Origin: a candidate division FCPU426 bacterium | GTDB taxonomy: Bacteria > Oederibacteriota > Muellerivitia > Muellerivitales > Muellerivitaceae | NCBI GenBank assembly: GCA_963796105.1 | Contig: CAWCKJ010000003.1 | Location: 352,001 to 416,000 of the forward strand | Reading direction: 5' to 3' | DNA: 64,000 nt | In this document: positions 1 to 10,646 of the stretch, one piece after another | Layout of the letters: each line of letters starts with the position of its first letter | Numbering within the stretch: position 1 is the first letter of the stretch | The notes under the pieces: generated by a model | What the model saw: only the letters and a program-made list of their open reading frames with translations | The model's database searches: none | What the model was told of the DNA's origin: nothing | Translations under genes and position numbers: made by a program

Positions 1-1
1 G

Positions 2-316
2 GCTCTGGCCTCTGGTTTGGGGGCTATGGTCAATTTAGTTTGGTTATTATCTCATTTGGAAAAAATCGGGATTCATCTGCAATGGACTTTCTTGAGACGA
101 GAGGCTATTAAAACCATTGCCGCATCAATCGTCATGGGACTTCTCGTCCAAATGACATTGAGTCTGTTGCAAAAATTGAACCTTCCATGGGCGAAGGTCT
201 GGAATTTCACCATTCCGGTCCTTGTGGGCTTGGCTGTTTATTTATCGCTTAGCAAAATAATGAGACATGAAGGCCTCAGGTGGATATCAGGATCCAGAAA
301 TGAAAAAATCTCTTAA
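2..316 (+). CDS. murJ: C-terminal fragment of lipid II flippase MurJ/MviN (5'-partial)
   Basis: Frame is open from the window start: ALASGLGAMVNLVWLL...KTIAASIVMG...VLVGLAVYL, three hydrophobic helices resembling the MurJ C-terminus. Confidence 0.6.
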   Translation, partial: ALASGLGAMVNLVWLLSHLEKIGIHLQWTFLRREAIKTIAASIVMGLLVQMTLSLLQKLNLPWAKVWNFTIPVLVGLAVYLSLSKIMRHEGLRWISGSRNEKIS

Positions 317-887
317 ATCGGCGAAAGCCACAGCCGACATTTCTTGGGGGATGATTGAAACAAGTTTCGGTTGGTGCGCCGCCGCTTGGTCCCCGAAGGG
401 TGTGTTAGCCTTTATCCTTCCAAAAAAAACACGAAAAAGCGCGCTGCAGGAATTAAAAAGAATCTTCCCGCTTGTGCGATTGAATTGTTTCGGGAATAAA
501 GAATCAAAAATTACTTCCGATTTTCAGGGAAAATTATCAGCCGCGCTTGTTGGAAAAGCATTTCGACCCATTCCTCTGGACACTCGATTATCGACCCCAT
601 TCCAAAGAAAAATCCTAAACGCCACCCGGCTTGTCAAGAAAGGTCAGACGCGTTCTTATGCTTGGGTGGCGCAAAAAGCCGGTTCACCACGAGGTTGTCG
701 GGCAGCTGGCCAGGCTCTTAATCGAAACCCAATCCCCTTATTCATTCCATGTCACAGAATCGTGGCCTCGAACAGAAATCTAGGCGGCTTCGGAAGCGGT
801 ATTCAATGGAAAATCAAACTTTTAAAGGCTGAGGGTGTTCCAATTGAAACTCCCGGGGAAGATAGTTACAGGGTTGGAAAGGTCTGA
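300..887 (+). CDS. ogt: Methylated-DNA--protein-cysteine methyltransferase
   Basis: TPFQRKIL, SYAWVA, RAAGQALNRNPIPLFIPCHRIV (PCHR active site), LGGFGSG. ATG at 300 is preferred over 267. Confidence 0.93.
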   Translation: MKKSLKSAKATADISWGMIETSFGWCAAAWSPKGVLAFILPKKTRKSALQELKRIFPLVRLNCFGNKESKITSDFQGKLSAALVGKAFRPIPLDTRLSTPFQRKILNATRLVKKGQTRSYAWVAQKAGSPRGCRAAGQALNRNPIPLFIPCHRIVASNRNLGGFGSGIQWKIKLLKAEGVPIETPGEDSYRVGKV

Positions 888-984
888 TAAAATATTTACC
901 GTAATTGATGATTTGCCCTGCCTCAATGACGCTACTACCAAGTGAGTTTTACGGGGATTTTAACCACTTATTTAAGGGGAATGG

Positions 985-2790
985 ATGCTTCAAGGCAACA
1001 TCGATAAATATAAACTCCTCGAAATCAAGGGCAGCGGCACTTTCGGAACCGTCTGGCTGGCCGAAGACACATGGATCGGAAAAAAAGTGGCGATTAAAAT
1101 CCCTCATAACCAAAAAGAGGAATTTACCACCCTCATCGCGGAACCGAAACTCCTAGCCTCTTTAGACCATCCCAATATCGTGCAAATCCTGACCGTGGAT
1201 AAAGCCGAAAATATATTTTTCATGGTGATGGAATACGTGGATGGCAAGAATCTCGCCCAGCTGCTCCAAGAAACTTCCCTGACTTATAAAGAGGGAATCG
1301 ATATCATCGTTCAAATCCTTTCCGCCTTGCAGCACGCTCACGAGAAGAACGTCATTCACCGCGATTTGAAACCAGGAAACATCCTTCTTACCTCCGACAG
1401 GAAGGCGAAAATCACCGACTTTGGAACGGCCATGATTCAATCAGGGAAGAACGGCGCCGGGATCGGAGGTACCCTCTTTTATATGGCAAAAGAGCAGGTC
1501 TTGGGGCATCCCACTCCCGCGTCAGACCTTTACTCGGTCGGCGTAATCCTTTATGAAATGGTCACTGGCAAGCTTCCATTTTCCGATGAAGTCCCTATGG
1601 CGGTCTTAAATAAAATCCTGAAGGATGATCCGCCAGCGCCTCATCAGTTGAACCCGGCTATTCCCAGGGAATTGGAATCCGTCATTTTGAAGGCCATGCA
1701 AAAGGAATTATCGAAACGTTATCAGTCAGCCGCTGAGATGAAACATGATTTGGAGAAAATACCTATTTCTCTTCTTTCATCCCCGATCTCCGTGGGAAGC
1801 AAAAGCCAGGAATTGTTGACGCATACCCTGATCCAAGAAGCTCAAAAGAAACAAATCAAAGAAGTGGGGGATATCAACACCCTGCGTTACCAAGGTTACC
1901 ATTACAAATTAATCCGAACGATCGGAACCCGAGGCAAGGAAGAGGGAAACTTCATTTCCCCGGTTTCAGTGGCAGTCGACGCCCAAAAACGGGTTTATGT
2001 TTGTGATTCCTTGAAATGCAATATCCAGGTTTTTGATTTCGAGGGTAAGTTCCTTTACTCCGTTGGTAAATTCGGTAAAGACATGGGAGACCCGCGGGAG
2101 GTGTTTTTCCTCATGCCGGTCTCTGTCGTTGTCGATCAAGGCGGAAACCTCGTGGTTTTGGACGCGAAAACCTGTTCTGTCCAAATCATCGGGAAATCGG
2201 GGGAACTCATCGCGAAATTCGGGGAACCAGCCTCTCCCACCACTGGAAAAATAGAAATCGGAGCTGGCGGTTTTTTCCACCCCCAAGCCTTGGCCTTGGA
2301 CGAAAAGGATAATATTTATGTTTCCGACACTGGCAACCATCGAATCCGGGTTTTCAATCCCGCAGGAAAAGTATTGAATAAGTTCGGGATTCAGGGCGCA
2401 AGATTGGGTGAGTTTAATAGCCCCGCTGGCATCACTTTGGACAACGCCTCGAATCTATTGGTCGTAGATGAAAAAAACTACCGGGTCCAAATTTTCACCT
2501 ACCGGGGCGTTTTCAAGAATAAATTCGGCAAAAGGGGGAGTAGCCGGGGCGAGTTTTCTTCGCCCATCGGAATCGCGACCGATTCAAAAAGGAATATTTT
2601 CGTTTCCGATCGGGACCTGCGTATACAAATATTCGATCCAGAAGGCTATTATTTAACCGAGTTCGGGACTCCCCAGGGCAATTATAAAATCGCCCCTAAA
2701 TATTATGGTATGGTCATGGACCCCGAAAATAATCTATATATAACCGATGTCGCCAATTGCAGTGTTTTGATTTACGCCCTGAAGAAATGA
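985..2790 (+). CDS. Soluble Hanks-type Ser/Thr protein kinase with C-terminal NHL-repeat beta-propeller
   Basis: GSGTFG, VAIK, HRDLKPGN, DFG, SDLYSVG; repeated FxxPxGIAxD...IYVSDTGNHRI NHL units; no TM segment. Confidence 0.92.
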   Translation: MLQGNIDKYKLLEIKGSGTFGTVWLAEDTWIGKKVAIKIPHNQKEEFTTLIAEPKLLASLDHPNIVQILTVDKAENIFFMVMEYVDGKNLAQLLQETSLTYKEGIDIIVQILSALQHAHEKNVIHRDLKPGNILLTSDRKAKITDFGTAMIQSGKNGAGIGGTLFYMAKEQVLGHPTPASDLYSVGVILYEMVTGKLPFSDEVPMAVLNKILKDDPPAPHQLNPAIPRELESVILKAMQKELSKRYQSAAEMKHDLEKIPISLLSSPISVGSKSQELLTHTLIQEAQKKQIKEVGDINTLRYQGYHYKLIRTIGTRGKEEGNFISPVSVAVDAQKRVYVCDSLKCNIQVFDFEGKFLYSVGKFGKDMGDPREVFFLMPVSVVVDQGGNLVVLDAKTCSVQIIGKSGELIAKFGEPASPTTGKIEIGAGGFFHPQALALDEKDNIYVSDTGNHRIRVFNPAGKVLNKFGIQGARLGEFNSPAGITLDNASNLLVVDEKNYRVQIFTYRGVFKNKFGKRGSSRGEFSSPIGIATDSKRNIFVSDRDLRIQIFDPEGYYLTEFGTPQGNYKIAPKYYGMVMDPENNLYITDVANCSVLIYALKK

Positions 2791-2797
2791 GCCTTTT

Positions 2798-4378
2798 ATG
2801 AGCCCCAATCCCACTGCATCCGAGTCGGAAACGCCAGGCCGGATCATTCTCACTCCCGGCAAAACGACCGGTAAACCCCAAATTACCATTACCGTCCTCG
2901 CGGGACCTGAACAGGGTCAGGTTTTCAAAATCTCGAGGCCCACGACCACTATTGGAAGGTCGAATACTTGCGAAATCGTCATTACTGATCCCCTTGTATC
3001 AAGGCAACACTGCCAAATCCTTCTGGGAATGGGCGGAATCAATCTTAAGGATTTAGGGAGTACCAATGGTACCTTTTTGAACGGCTCACGGTTGACCGAG
3101 AACCCACTTCGAAACCAAGACGTCATCTCAATCGGCTCATCGCGCCTTCGATTCGCCGTGGAAGTTTCAAAAGAAACCCTGGACAACAAGAATTACAAGA
3201 TCGACGAACTCGCGCATAAAAAGCTTCTTACCCTTTATGAGGTTGGGAATATAGTCAATTCCGTTCTCGAGTTGAAAACGCTTCTCTCCATCATCATGGC
3301 GATGGCGATCAAAGTGATGCAGGCTAACCGCGGATTCCTTCTCATTCGGGAAAAAAACGGGGAATTAAAGCCCGTGGCGACCCACGCTTTGACGGCGGCA
3401 GAAGCCCAAGCGCCTTACAGTCAAACTATTGTGGATACCGTTTTAAAAGAAAGAGTACCGGTGTTGGTTTTAGACGCCTCGCAGGATGTCCGTTTTTCAG
3501 CCAGAGAAAGCCTGCGCGCCCTCCCGTTATCCTCGGTCATTTGCGTGCCTATTTGGGAGCGGGACAATATTGTGGGCGTCATTTATGTCGACAAAGCGGA
3601 GGGAACCAATACCTTTAATGAAGAGGACATGTATTTTCTCTCCGCTTTCGCCAACCAGGCCGCTGTCGCGATCACGAACGCCAAACTATTTGATGATGTA
3701 AGGCGGGAGGAACGCCTGAGGACCTCTCTCCAGCGTTATCTTTCCCCCAACCTAGTTGATGAAATGATCCAAAAAAGCGGAGTCACTTTTTCCCTGGGCG
3801 GCGAAAAAAGAAAAATTTCGATATTATTCTGCGATATACGGGGATTCACCTCGCTCACTGAAAGGGAACCCGTGGAAGTGGTCGTGAGTCTTCTCAATGA
3901 GTACTTCAGCGCGATGTCCGAGGTTATTTTCTCGAACCATGGCACATTGGATAAGTTCATCGGCGACGCCATAATGGCCATCTACGGCGCGCCCCTGGAT
4001 TTGGCTGACAATGTCTTCGATTGCGTAAAAACCGCCATTGAAATGCGGGAGAAACTCATATATCTAAATGAAAAATGGAAGTCCTTGAACAAACCTCAAA
4101 TTCAGGTCGGTTACGGGATCAATACTGGCGAGGCGATCGTGGGCAATATTGGCAGTGAGCGTCGAATGGAATACACGGCCATAGGGGACATGGTGAACGT
4201 GGCTTCACGCATCGAGGGTGAAACTGAAAGTAACCAGATCTTTATCACCGAATCCACTTTCGCCGAATTGGGCAGCCGCGTGAATGTTAAAAAACTTTCT
4301 CCCGTCAAGTTAAAAGGTAAAAGCTCCAAGGTGCAAATTTTTGAGGTTATCGGCCTGAACAAAACTCCTTTACCTTAG
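2798..4378 (+). CDS. FHA-GAF-class III adenylate cyclase
   Basis: FHA: IGRS, VSRQH, DLGSTNGT. Central GAF. Cyclase: FCDIRGFT, DKFIGDAIM, EYTAIGDMVNVASRIE (Lys/Thr ATP-specifying residues). Confidence 0.92.
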   Translation: MSPNPTASESETPGRIILTPGKTTGKPQITITVLAGPEQGQVFKISRPTTTIGRSNTCEIVITDPLVSRQHCQILLGMGGINLKDLGSTNGTFLNGSRLTENPLRNQDVISIGSSRLRFAVEVSKETLDNKNYKIDELAHKKLLTLYEVGNIVNSVLELKTLLSIIMAMAIKVMQANRGFLLIREKNGELKPVATHALTAAEAQAPYSQTIVDTVLKERVPVLVLDASQDVRFSARESLRALPLSSVICVPIWERDNIVGVIYVDKAEGTNTFNEEDMYFLSAFANQAAVAITNAKLFDDVRREERLRTSLQRYLSPNLVDEMIQKSGVTFSLGGEKRKISILFCDIRGFTSLTEREPVEVVVSLLNEYFSAMSEVIFSNHGTLDKFIGDAIMAIYGAPLDLADNVFDCVKTAIEMREKLIYLNEKWKSLNKPQIQVGYGINTGEAIVGNIGSERRMEYTAIGDMVNVASRIEGETESNQIFITESTFAELGSRVNVKKLSPVKLKGKSSKVQIFEVIGLNKTPLP

Positions 4379-4434
4379 TTTGCGCATTCTTTTTACCCCT
4401 TTTATAAAACATAGGCTTTTTCATTTTCAGCCGG

Positions 4435-6270
4435 ATGAAAGAATTAGACATGGACAAAATCAATAATCTTCCCGAGAACATAATCAATCAAATTGCCGCC
4501 GGCGAGGTGATCGAAAGGCCGGCGTCCGTAGTCAAAGAATTCCTGGAAAACGCATTGGATGCCGGCGCTGAAAACATAGAGGTCTTTGTGGAAGGCGCGG
4601 GGATGAAGCTTATCAAAGTTTCCGATGATGGCCAGGGGATTTCCTCCGCAGACGCGGTCCTTACCATCCGAAAACACGCCACTAGCAAAATATTCAGTTT
4701 GGATGACTTATCAAATATTCAATCATTCGGATTCCGGGGCGAGGCTTTAGCCAGCATCGCAGCCGTTTCCCATTTCGAGATTACCTCCAGGGAAAAGAAC
4801 GCTCTTTCCGGTTTCAGCATAAAAGTGAAAGGCGGAGGCAAAATTCAGCCCCAAGAAATCGGCAGGCCGATAGGAACTACCGTCACCGCTTCCAATCTTT
4901 TTTTCAACACTCCCGCCAGGCTTAAGTTCATGAAACGAAAATCAACCGAGGAAAACCACATTTTCATGACTGTGTCGAATTACGCCCTCTCCTTCCGTGA
5001 AAAGTCCTTTAAATTGTTCATGGATGGTAAACAGGTTCTTGAGGCAATCCCAACCAATTTACAAGGAAGAATCGGCCAAATTTTAGGGAAAGACATTTCA
5101 AGTTACATGGTGCCCATAAGTTTTAATTCCGGGCAAATCCAAATCAACGGAGCCGTTAGCCTTCCATCCATGACCAAACCCACCAGGGAAAACATTCTTT
5201 TCTTCGTGAATCACCGCTGGGTTTCTAACCCGTCCCTCTCTCATGCCGTCATGACTGCATTTCATACCCTGTTACCGACAAGGCGGTTTCCCGTTTCCGT
5301 CTTGTTTTTATCGATATCGCCGGAACAAGTGGATGTGAATGTCCACCCCACAAAAAAAGAGGTTAAATTCGCGGATGACCGCGCAGTCTATAACGCGGTT
5401 GTTTCCTCCGTCCGGGAAGGAATTCTCGCTTCTCCGGGCGTAAATTCCAATCCTCCAGCCTTCGAGGATCAAAAACCGGCCACTTATTCTTTCAGTGAAG
5501 ATAAACCTTTTGAAGCGCGGGAAAACAAGATTTCCTATTCAAACGATAATTCTTTTAACAGTTCCAGGCCTGCCACATCGGTTTCCCCTTATCAGATTTT
5601 TCGCGATAAACCTTCCGGGGATGAAATTCGGTCTTTTTTCGAAAAAGATTCCCCATCCGCACCCCGAATTGATCCAGACATTTCGCTTTATAATTTCTCC
5701 CAACTTTTCAACACGTTTATTGTTTTTCAATCTGATTCTGAAATGTACATAGCGGATCAACACACTGTCCACGAGCGCATTAATTACGAGCGATTCATGA
5801 AAGCGCTCAACGCCAAAAATACGGAAATCCAAAAATTATTGGTCCCAATAACATTGGAGTTCAACCCCAAGGAAGCACTTATCGTCAAAAATAATATTGA
5901 ACTTCTGGCCGAGTTGGGCCTGGAAATCGCCCCATTTGGAGGGAACACATTTTTATTCAGCAGTGTTCCAAGTGATCTTAAGGATAAAAATCCAACTAGC
6001 CTTATACGGGACTTGGTGGATGATATAGCATCGAACGATAACGAAGCCTCAAAAAACACAGATCGGATTGAACATATTCGCGAAAAAGTCACGACCTTCC
6101 TGTCCTGCCGCAGTTCGGTCATGGCAGGGGACCGTCTTAACGAGCCTCAAATGCGATCATTAATAGACCAAATGAGAAAAGCAAATTTTCCTTTTACCTG
6201 TCCTCATGGCCGCCCCACCATCATTACTATACCCTTATCCGAACTTTACCGGAAATTTGACCGGCATTGA
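4435..6270 (+). CDS. mutL: DNA mismatch repair endonuclease MutL
   Basis: QIAAGEVIERPASVVKE, GFRGEALASI, DVNVHPTKKEV, DQHTVHERINYE, CPHGRP. Confidence 0.98.
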   Translation: MKELDMDKINNLPENIINQIAAGEVIERPASVVKEFLENALDAGAENIEVFVEGAGMKLIKVSDDGQGISSADAVLTIRKHATSKIFSLDDLSNIQSFGFRGEALASIAAVSHFEITSREKNALSGFSIKVKGGGKIQPQEIGRPIGTTVTASNLFFNTPARLKFMKRKSTEENHIFMTVSNYALSFREKSFKLFMDGKQVLEAIPTNLQGRIGQILGKDISSYMVPISFNSGQIQINGAVSLPSMTKPTRENILFFVNHRWVSNPSLSHAVMTAFHTLLPTRRFPVSVLFLSISPEQVDVNVHPTKKEVKFADDRAVYNAVVSSVREGILASPGVNSNPPAFEDQKPATYSFSEDKPFEARENKISYSNDNSFNSSRPATSVSPYQIFRDKPSGDEIRSFFEKDSPSAPRIDPDISLYNFSQLFNTFIVFQSDSEMYIADQHTVHERINYERFMKALNAKNTEIQKLLVPITLEFNPKEALIVKNNIELLAELGLEIAPFGGNTFLFSSVPSDLKDKNPTSLIRDLVDDIASNDNEASKNTDRIEHIREKVTTFLSCRSSVMAGDRLNEPQMRSLIDQMRKANFPFTCPHGRPTIITIPLSELYRKFDRH

Positions 6271-6313
6271 GTTTTGGCCATTCAGTAGGTTTAAACTATT
6301 TGGTGAAAATTAG

Positions 6314-7258
6314 ATGGATATTAAAAATTATAAAGTTCCCATTCTGATTGGCCCCACCGGAGTCGGGAAATCTGAAATCGCCTTTCTGATCGCCAAGAAA
6401 ATAGGTCTGGAAATCATTTCCGCTGACGCATACCAGGTTTACAGGGGTTTGCCCATTGGAACAGCTCAACCTCCTAGTTCCTGGCAGATTCAGGTTCCTC
6501 ATTTTTTGATAGGAAATCGAAATCCAAAACTCACATGGAGCGCGGCCGAATTCGCAGTTGAAGCGAAACAAATATTGAAAACTCGGGTTCAAAAAGGAAA
6601 AAGAATTCTAATTGTTGGGGGAGCTGGATTTTATATAAAAACATTGGTTGACGGATTGCCTCAAGGCTCTAAAACAAAAGCCGAAATCAGAAACATGGTT
6701 CAGAATGAATTGGACCTCTTAGGTAGCAACAAGGCGCATCAATGGTTGGAGCGCATAGATCCTGCCACCAGTAAAAGAATTCACGTCAACGACACCAAAA
6801 GGATTAGTAGAGCCTTGGAAAAAGCTTTGGATAATTCTAAAAACGTCAAATTTGAGCCGTTGCACCATGCATCCGTTGATTTTTACGGGTTGGAAATATC
6901 ACGCGAACACTTGGATGACGTTCTTAAACAAAGGGTAGAATTGATGTGGCAAAATGGCCTTTTGGAGGAATCAAAGGGCTTGGAGCATCTGGATCTTGCG
7001 CCAAGTCATCCGATATGGACGGCCATCGGTTATTATGAGGCGTTGGCATTCACAAGGAATGAATTATCCGAAAAAACGGCTAAGGAATTAATCTTCCGAA
7101 GAACCCGGCAATACGCTAAACGTCAAATGACATGGTTTAAACATCAGCATCAGGTGGAATGGCTGAATCTGGAAAAAATTGACAAAGAAACCGCGGTTGA
7201 AATTTTATCCGAAAAAATAAACGCAAATTGGAGTTTGAATGAAGACCGTTCGAATTAG
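6314..7258 (+). CDS. miaA: tRNA dimethylallyltransferase
   Basis: GPTGVGKS, IISADAYQVY, VGGAGFY, TRQYAKRQMTWF; follows mutL as usual. Confidence 0.96.
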   Translation: MDIKNYKVPILIGPTGVGKSEIAFLIAKKIGLEIISADAYQVYRGLPIGTAQPPSSWQIQVPHFLIGNRNPKLTWSAAEFAVEAKQILKTRVQKGKRILIVGGAGFYIKTLVDGLPQGSKTKAEIRNMVQNELDLLGSNKAHQWLERIDPATSKRIHVNDTKRISRALEKALDNSKNVKFEPLHHASVDFYGLEISREHLDDVLKQRVELMWQNGLLEESKGLEHLDLAPSHPIWTAIGYYEALAFTRNELSEKTAKELIFRRTRQYAKRQMTWFKHQHQVEWLNLEKIDKETAVEILSEKINANWSLNEDRSN

Positions 7259-7682
7259 GGTGGCGGGTATTTTAATCAAAGACGGGAAAATTCTTTTAGT
7301 GCGCCATAAAAAAATCAATGAATCCTATTGGCTTTTGCCCGGGGGGGGGATTGAATTTGGGGAATCAACCGAGAACGCCCTCATTCGCGAGTTTAAGGAA
7401 GAAGTTGGAATAGAAGTTGAAATCGGCAAGTTGGTTTTCGTCCATGACTCTATTCCACGCCAATTATTCCGGCACGGCTTGAATTTATATTTCCTGGTCA
7501 CTGCAAAGAATCATGAAGTAAAGGTAACCCGGGATTCGGTGCTCATGGACGCATCCTTTGTTTCACTCGAAGAATTCAAAAATCTATCGTTACGCCCGGA
7601 CTTGAAAAATGAGATCTTGAATGGGTTGAATGAGAATTGGGCAACCGAGCCCATGTATCTTGGAAACCTTTGGAAAGATTGA
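7239..7682 (+). CDS. NUDIX hydrolase
   Basis: Nudix box PGGGIEFGESTENALIREFKEEVGI. Confidence 0.92.
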   Translation: MKTVRIRVAGILIKDGKILLVRHKKINESYWLLPGGGIEFGESTENALIREFKEEVGIEVEIGKLVFVHDSIPRQLFRHGLNLYFLVTAKNHEVKVTRDSVLMDASFVSLEEFKNLSLRPDLKNEILNGLNENWATEPMYLGNLWKD

Positions 7683-7781
7683 TTCATTTTAAACATAACC
7701 AAAACAAATTATTCCTCAATAAACAGATATTATTTCCGTATTATTGCATCGTTTTTCCTTGTCTGTTAACATAATGACCTT

Positions 7782-8753
7782 ATGATTCCAAATCAAACCC
7801 CTTCCCAATCCAAAAATACGACTTTCTACATAGTTTTGTTATCGGTAATCGCGTTTTTTATAATAAGCTTGGTGATTGTTGTTTATGCTTTCCAAAAGGT
7901 CATTGGGCACAATTCCTCATCGCTTCTTTCCCTGAATTCCAATGAAATTTCTCTTATAGAAATACAGGGTCCCATCTATGAAAGCGATGATACGGTTCGG
8001 CGAATAAGGCGTTTTAAGAACAGCTCAAAAAAAGCTTTGATCTTGAGAATCAACAGTCCCGGGGGGGCAGTCGCCCCTTCCCAGGAAATTTACAGCGAGA
8101 TACTAAACGCAAGAGAAAATAAAAAAATAATAGTAGCTAGTTTGGGAAGCTTAGCCGCATCGGGTGCTTATTATATTGCGGCAGCTTGTGACAAAATAGT
8201 CGCCGATCCAGGCACTGTCACTGGATCCATTGGGGTCATTGCTGAATTTCCAGAGGCATCTAGGCTTTTGGGAAAAATCGGAATCAATTTTCAAATTGTC
8301 AAAAGCGGTAAATTCAAGGACACTGGTACATTCAATAGGCCAATGTCTTCTGATGAAAAGCGTTATTTGCAGGAAACTATCAATGATGTTTATCAACAAT
8401 TTTTAGCGTCGGTCATCCAAAGCCGGAAAGAGGTTTTTCAGAAAAAGTTATCTACCATTCTGGGTAAAAAATACACCGCGGTATCTGACAACGAAATACA
8501 CAATCATCTCCTCCAATTTGCCGATGGAAGGGTTTTAACTGGGAAAAAAGCTTTCGATTTGGGCTTTGTTGATAAATTAGGGAATTATTACGATGCTGTT
8601 CGTTTAGCGGCTGATTTAGCCGGCATAAAAGGTGAACCAACTGTCCGAAAGGATGAAAGTTTAAAGTTAGATCAATTTTTCAATAGTCTTGTTCCTTTTC
8701 GGTGGTTGAGCGAGGATAGGGCAACATTTCACCTGGAGTATCGAGCATTTTAA
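7782..8753 (+). CDS. sppA: Signal peptide peptidase SppA (S49, 36K type)
   Basis: N-terminal TM; LRINSPGG, AASGAYYIAA, TGSIGVI, KSGKFKD, GFVDKLG. Confidence 0.93.
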   Translation: MIPNQTPSQSKNTTFYIVLLSVIAFFIISLVIVVYAFQKVIGHNSSSLLSLNSNEISLIEIQGPIYESDDTVRRIRRFKNSSKKALILRINSPGGAVAPSQEIYSEILNARENKKIIVASLGSLAASGAYYIAAACDKIVADPGTVTGSIGVIAEFPEASRLLGKIGINFQIVKSGKFKDTGTFNRPMSSDEKRYLQETINDVYQQFLASVIQSRKEVFQKKLSTILGKKYTAVSDNEIHNHLLQFADGRVLTGKKAFDLGFVDKLGNYYDAVRLAADLAGIKGEPTVRKDESLKLDQFFNSLVPFRWLSEDRATFHLEYRAF

Positions 8754-8789
8754 TCATTTTATTAAACTATTGCTTTCAGGGAGGACCCA

Positions 8790-10613
8790 TTGGCTGAAGC
8801 TAAAACTCAAACCTCAAATTCCGTGCCTGAATCTATTCCAGTTTCTGAAGTTGTCCCGGCAACGCCTGCACCCATTTCTAGTCCAAACAAGTTATTGATA
8901 AAAATCCGTGGTTTTTTAACAAAAACAATGTTTTTTTTACTTGGTTTTGCTTTCATCCTTTTTGCGATTTTATCCAGGTATTCAAACTTGATCCCTGCGC
9001 CCATCCTTGCATTTGTGACTCATATTATTCCACGCTTTTTATGGTTCATTGCTGGTTTTGGTTTTATTTCACTGGGTCAAGCTTTGTTTTTAACAAAAAG
9101 TGAATATGCGGATGAGTACAAAAAAAATCGAAATTCAAACCATTCTTGGAAAATACCCTTAATATCCGCACTTGGATGGATTCTCTCACTAACCGGGGTA
9201 TATGGCTTGTTGGTTGGAGTGAAATTTCTTCCATCCATTCAAAATGTTATGGGGTTAGTTGTAATATTTTTATCGTTTTGCTGTTATATCTTTTGGTACC
9301 TATTCGCTCATATCAAAAATCGTTACCCAGCAATATTAGGCCTTAGAATTGCAATGGTTGCTTTTGTTCTTTCAGCGATATCCTTTTTAGCCTGGGCCTG
9401 GACTCAATATATTTTTTTAAGCCTCATTTTCGGGGTTTTCGGCGTCATTTCTGTGATAGTAAGTTTAGCCCTCGTTCCTATTGAAAAAGAAGAACAAAGG
9501 GGAAACTGGTTGAGAATCAGTTGCTTGTTAATCAGCGTTTTCATCCTTTTATTCATCGGGGTTCATTCGCTTTTTGTGGACAAAACCCATGCCACGTTGG
9601 TGAACCTTGGTTTTGTTCAACAAAATTTGGCAGGCCAAATTGACAACCTCGCCTATTCGCCCGACGGTAAGAAAATTGCTTTTTCCCAAAAATTAGGAAA
9701 AGACTGGTTTTTAGAAGTCATTAATCCCCAAAACTCCGACTGGACATCCTTTAAAGTAAAGGCAAGTGAGGATTCCTTTCGACCGGTTTTTATCGAGAAT
9801 GGTTCAAATATTTTGATCGATCGTGTTATCAACGGTGTAAGGAATATCACGAAAATTAGAGTCGCGAATGGTTCATTAGAAAACATTACCTTCAGCGGCA
9901 TTGAAAAATTCAGCGATGGATCACCTTGGTCGGAAACGAGAAAAGAATTTCTATACGTTTCAAGAAATTCAGATAAATGGGAATTAAAAACATTATCTTC
10001 CTTGACTGGTAAGTCGGAGATCCTTTTCGAATCCTCAGATCCGATTCTAACTCCTTCTTGGACTACAGCGGGAAATGTGTCATATGCTGATTCCAAGTCC
10101 GATCGACCCTATTTGTTTGATTTGAAAACAAAAACCTCTAATCTCATTTTATCCGACGACGAGAAAATTGAGCGTTTCAAAGATAATACGAATTTAAAAA
10201 ATTCACTTTCCGTTGACGAAGTTATTCCGGCGCCAGATGGATTTCGATATCTCTATGTAACGCACGATTCAAAAGAAACTCCTTCTTCCATTTGGACAGT
10301 CCTTTCCGATGGGACGAAGGCTTTAAAACTCTACGAAGCCAAGGGTGAAATCAAGAATTTCTCTTGGAACACTGACGGGCAACAAATTGTTTTTGAGGAA
10401 AATAGCAAACAAATGGGTTTTTTTGAAAAAAACAAAAACATCATGATTTTAGACGCGAATCTTGGGGAAACCGAATCATTACTCCTGCCACAAGTTTCTC
10501 ATTATTCACCAGCCTTATCGCCAGATGGCGTAAAAATTGCGTTTGTAGGCAACCAGAGTTTATGGAATCCATTAGTTGGGCGTTCCGGGATCTGGGTAGC
10601 TGTACTTCGTTAA
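8790..10613 (+). CDS. Multi-pass membrane protein with C-terminal TolB/PD40-like beta-propeller
   Basis: About 7-8 hydrophobic helices in residues ~45-262, then YSPDGKKIAFS, WNTDGQQIVF, LSPDGVKIAFV repeats; TTG start after a GGAGG RBS. Confidence 0.75.
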   Translation: MAEAKTQTSNSVPESIPVSEVVPATPAPISSPNKLLIKIRGFLTKTMFFLLGFAFILFAILSRYSNLIPAPILAFVTHIIPRFLWFIAGFGFISLGQALFLTKSEYADEYKKNRNSNHSWKIPLISALGWILSLTGVYGLLVGVKFLPSIQNVMGLVVIFLSFCCYIFWYLFAHIKNRYPAILGLRIAMVAFVLSAISFLAWAWTQYIFLSLIFGVFGVISVIVSLALVPIEKEEQRGNWLRISCLLISVFILLFIGVHSLFVDKTHATLVNLGFVQQNLAGQIDNLAYSPDGKKIAFSQKLGKDWFLEVINPQNSDWTSFKVKASEDSFRPVFIENGSNILIDRVINGVRNITKIRVANGSLENITFSGIEKFSDGSPWSETRKEFLYVSRNSDKWELKTLSSLTGKSEILFESSDPILTPSWTTAGNVSYADSKSDRPYLFDLKTKTSNLILSDDEKIERFKDNTNLKNSLSVDEVIPAPDGFRYLYVTHDSKETPSSIWTVLSDGTKALKLYEAKGEIKNFSWNTDGQQIVFEENSKQMGFFEKNKNIMILDANLGETESLLLPQVSHYSPALSPDGVKIAFVGNQSLWNPLVGRSGIWVAVLR

Positions 10614-10646
10614 ACCTCATTCAAACTCATCCTAAAAGAGTTCAAA

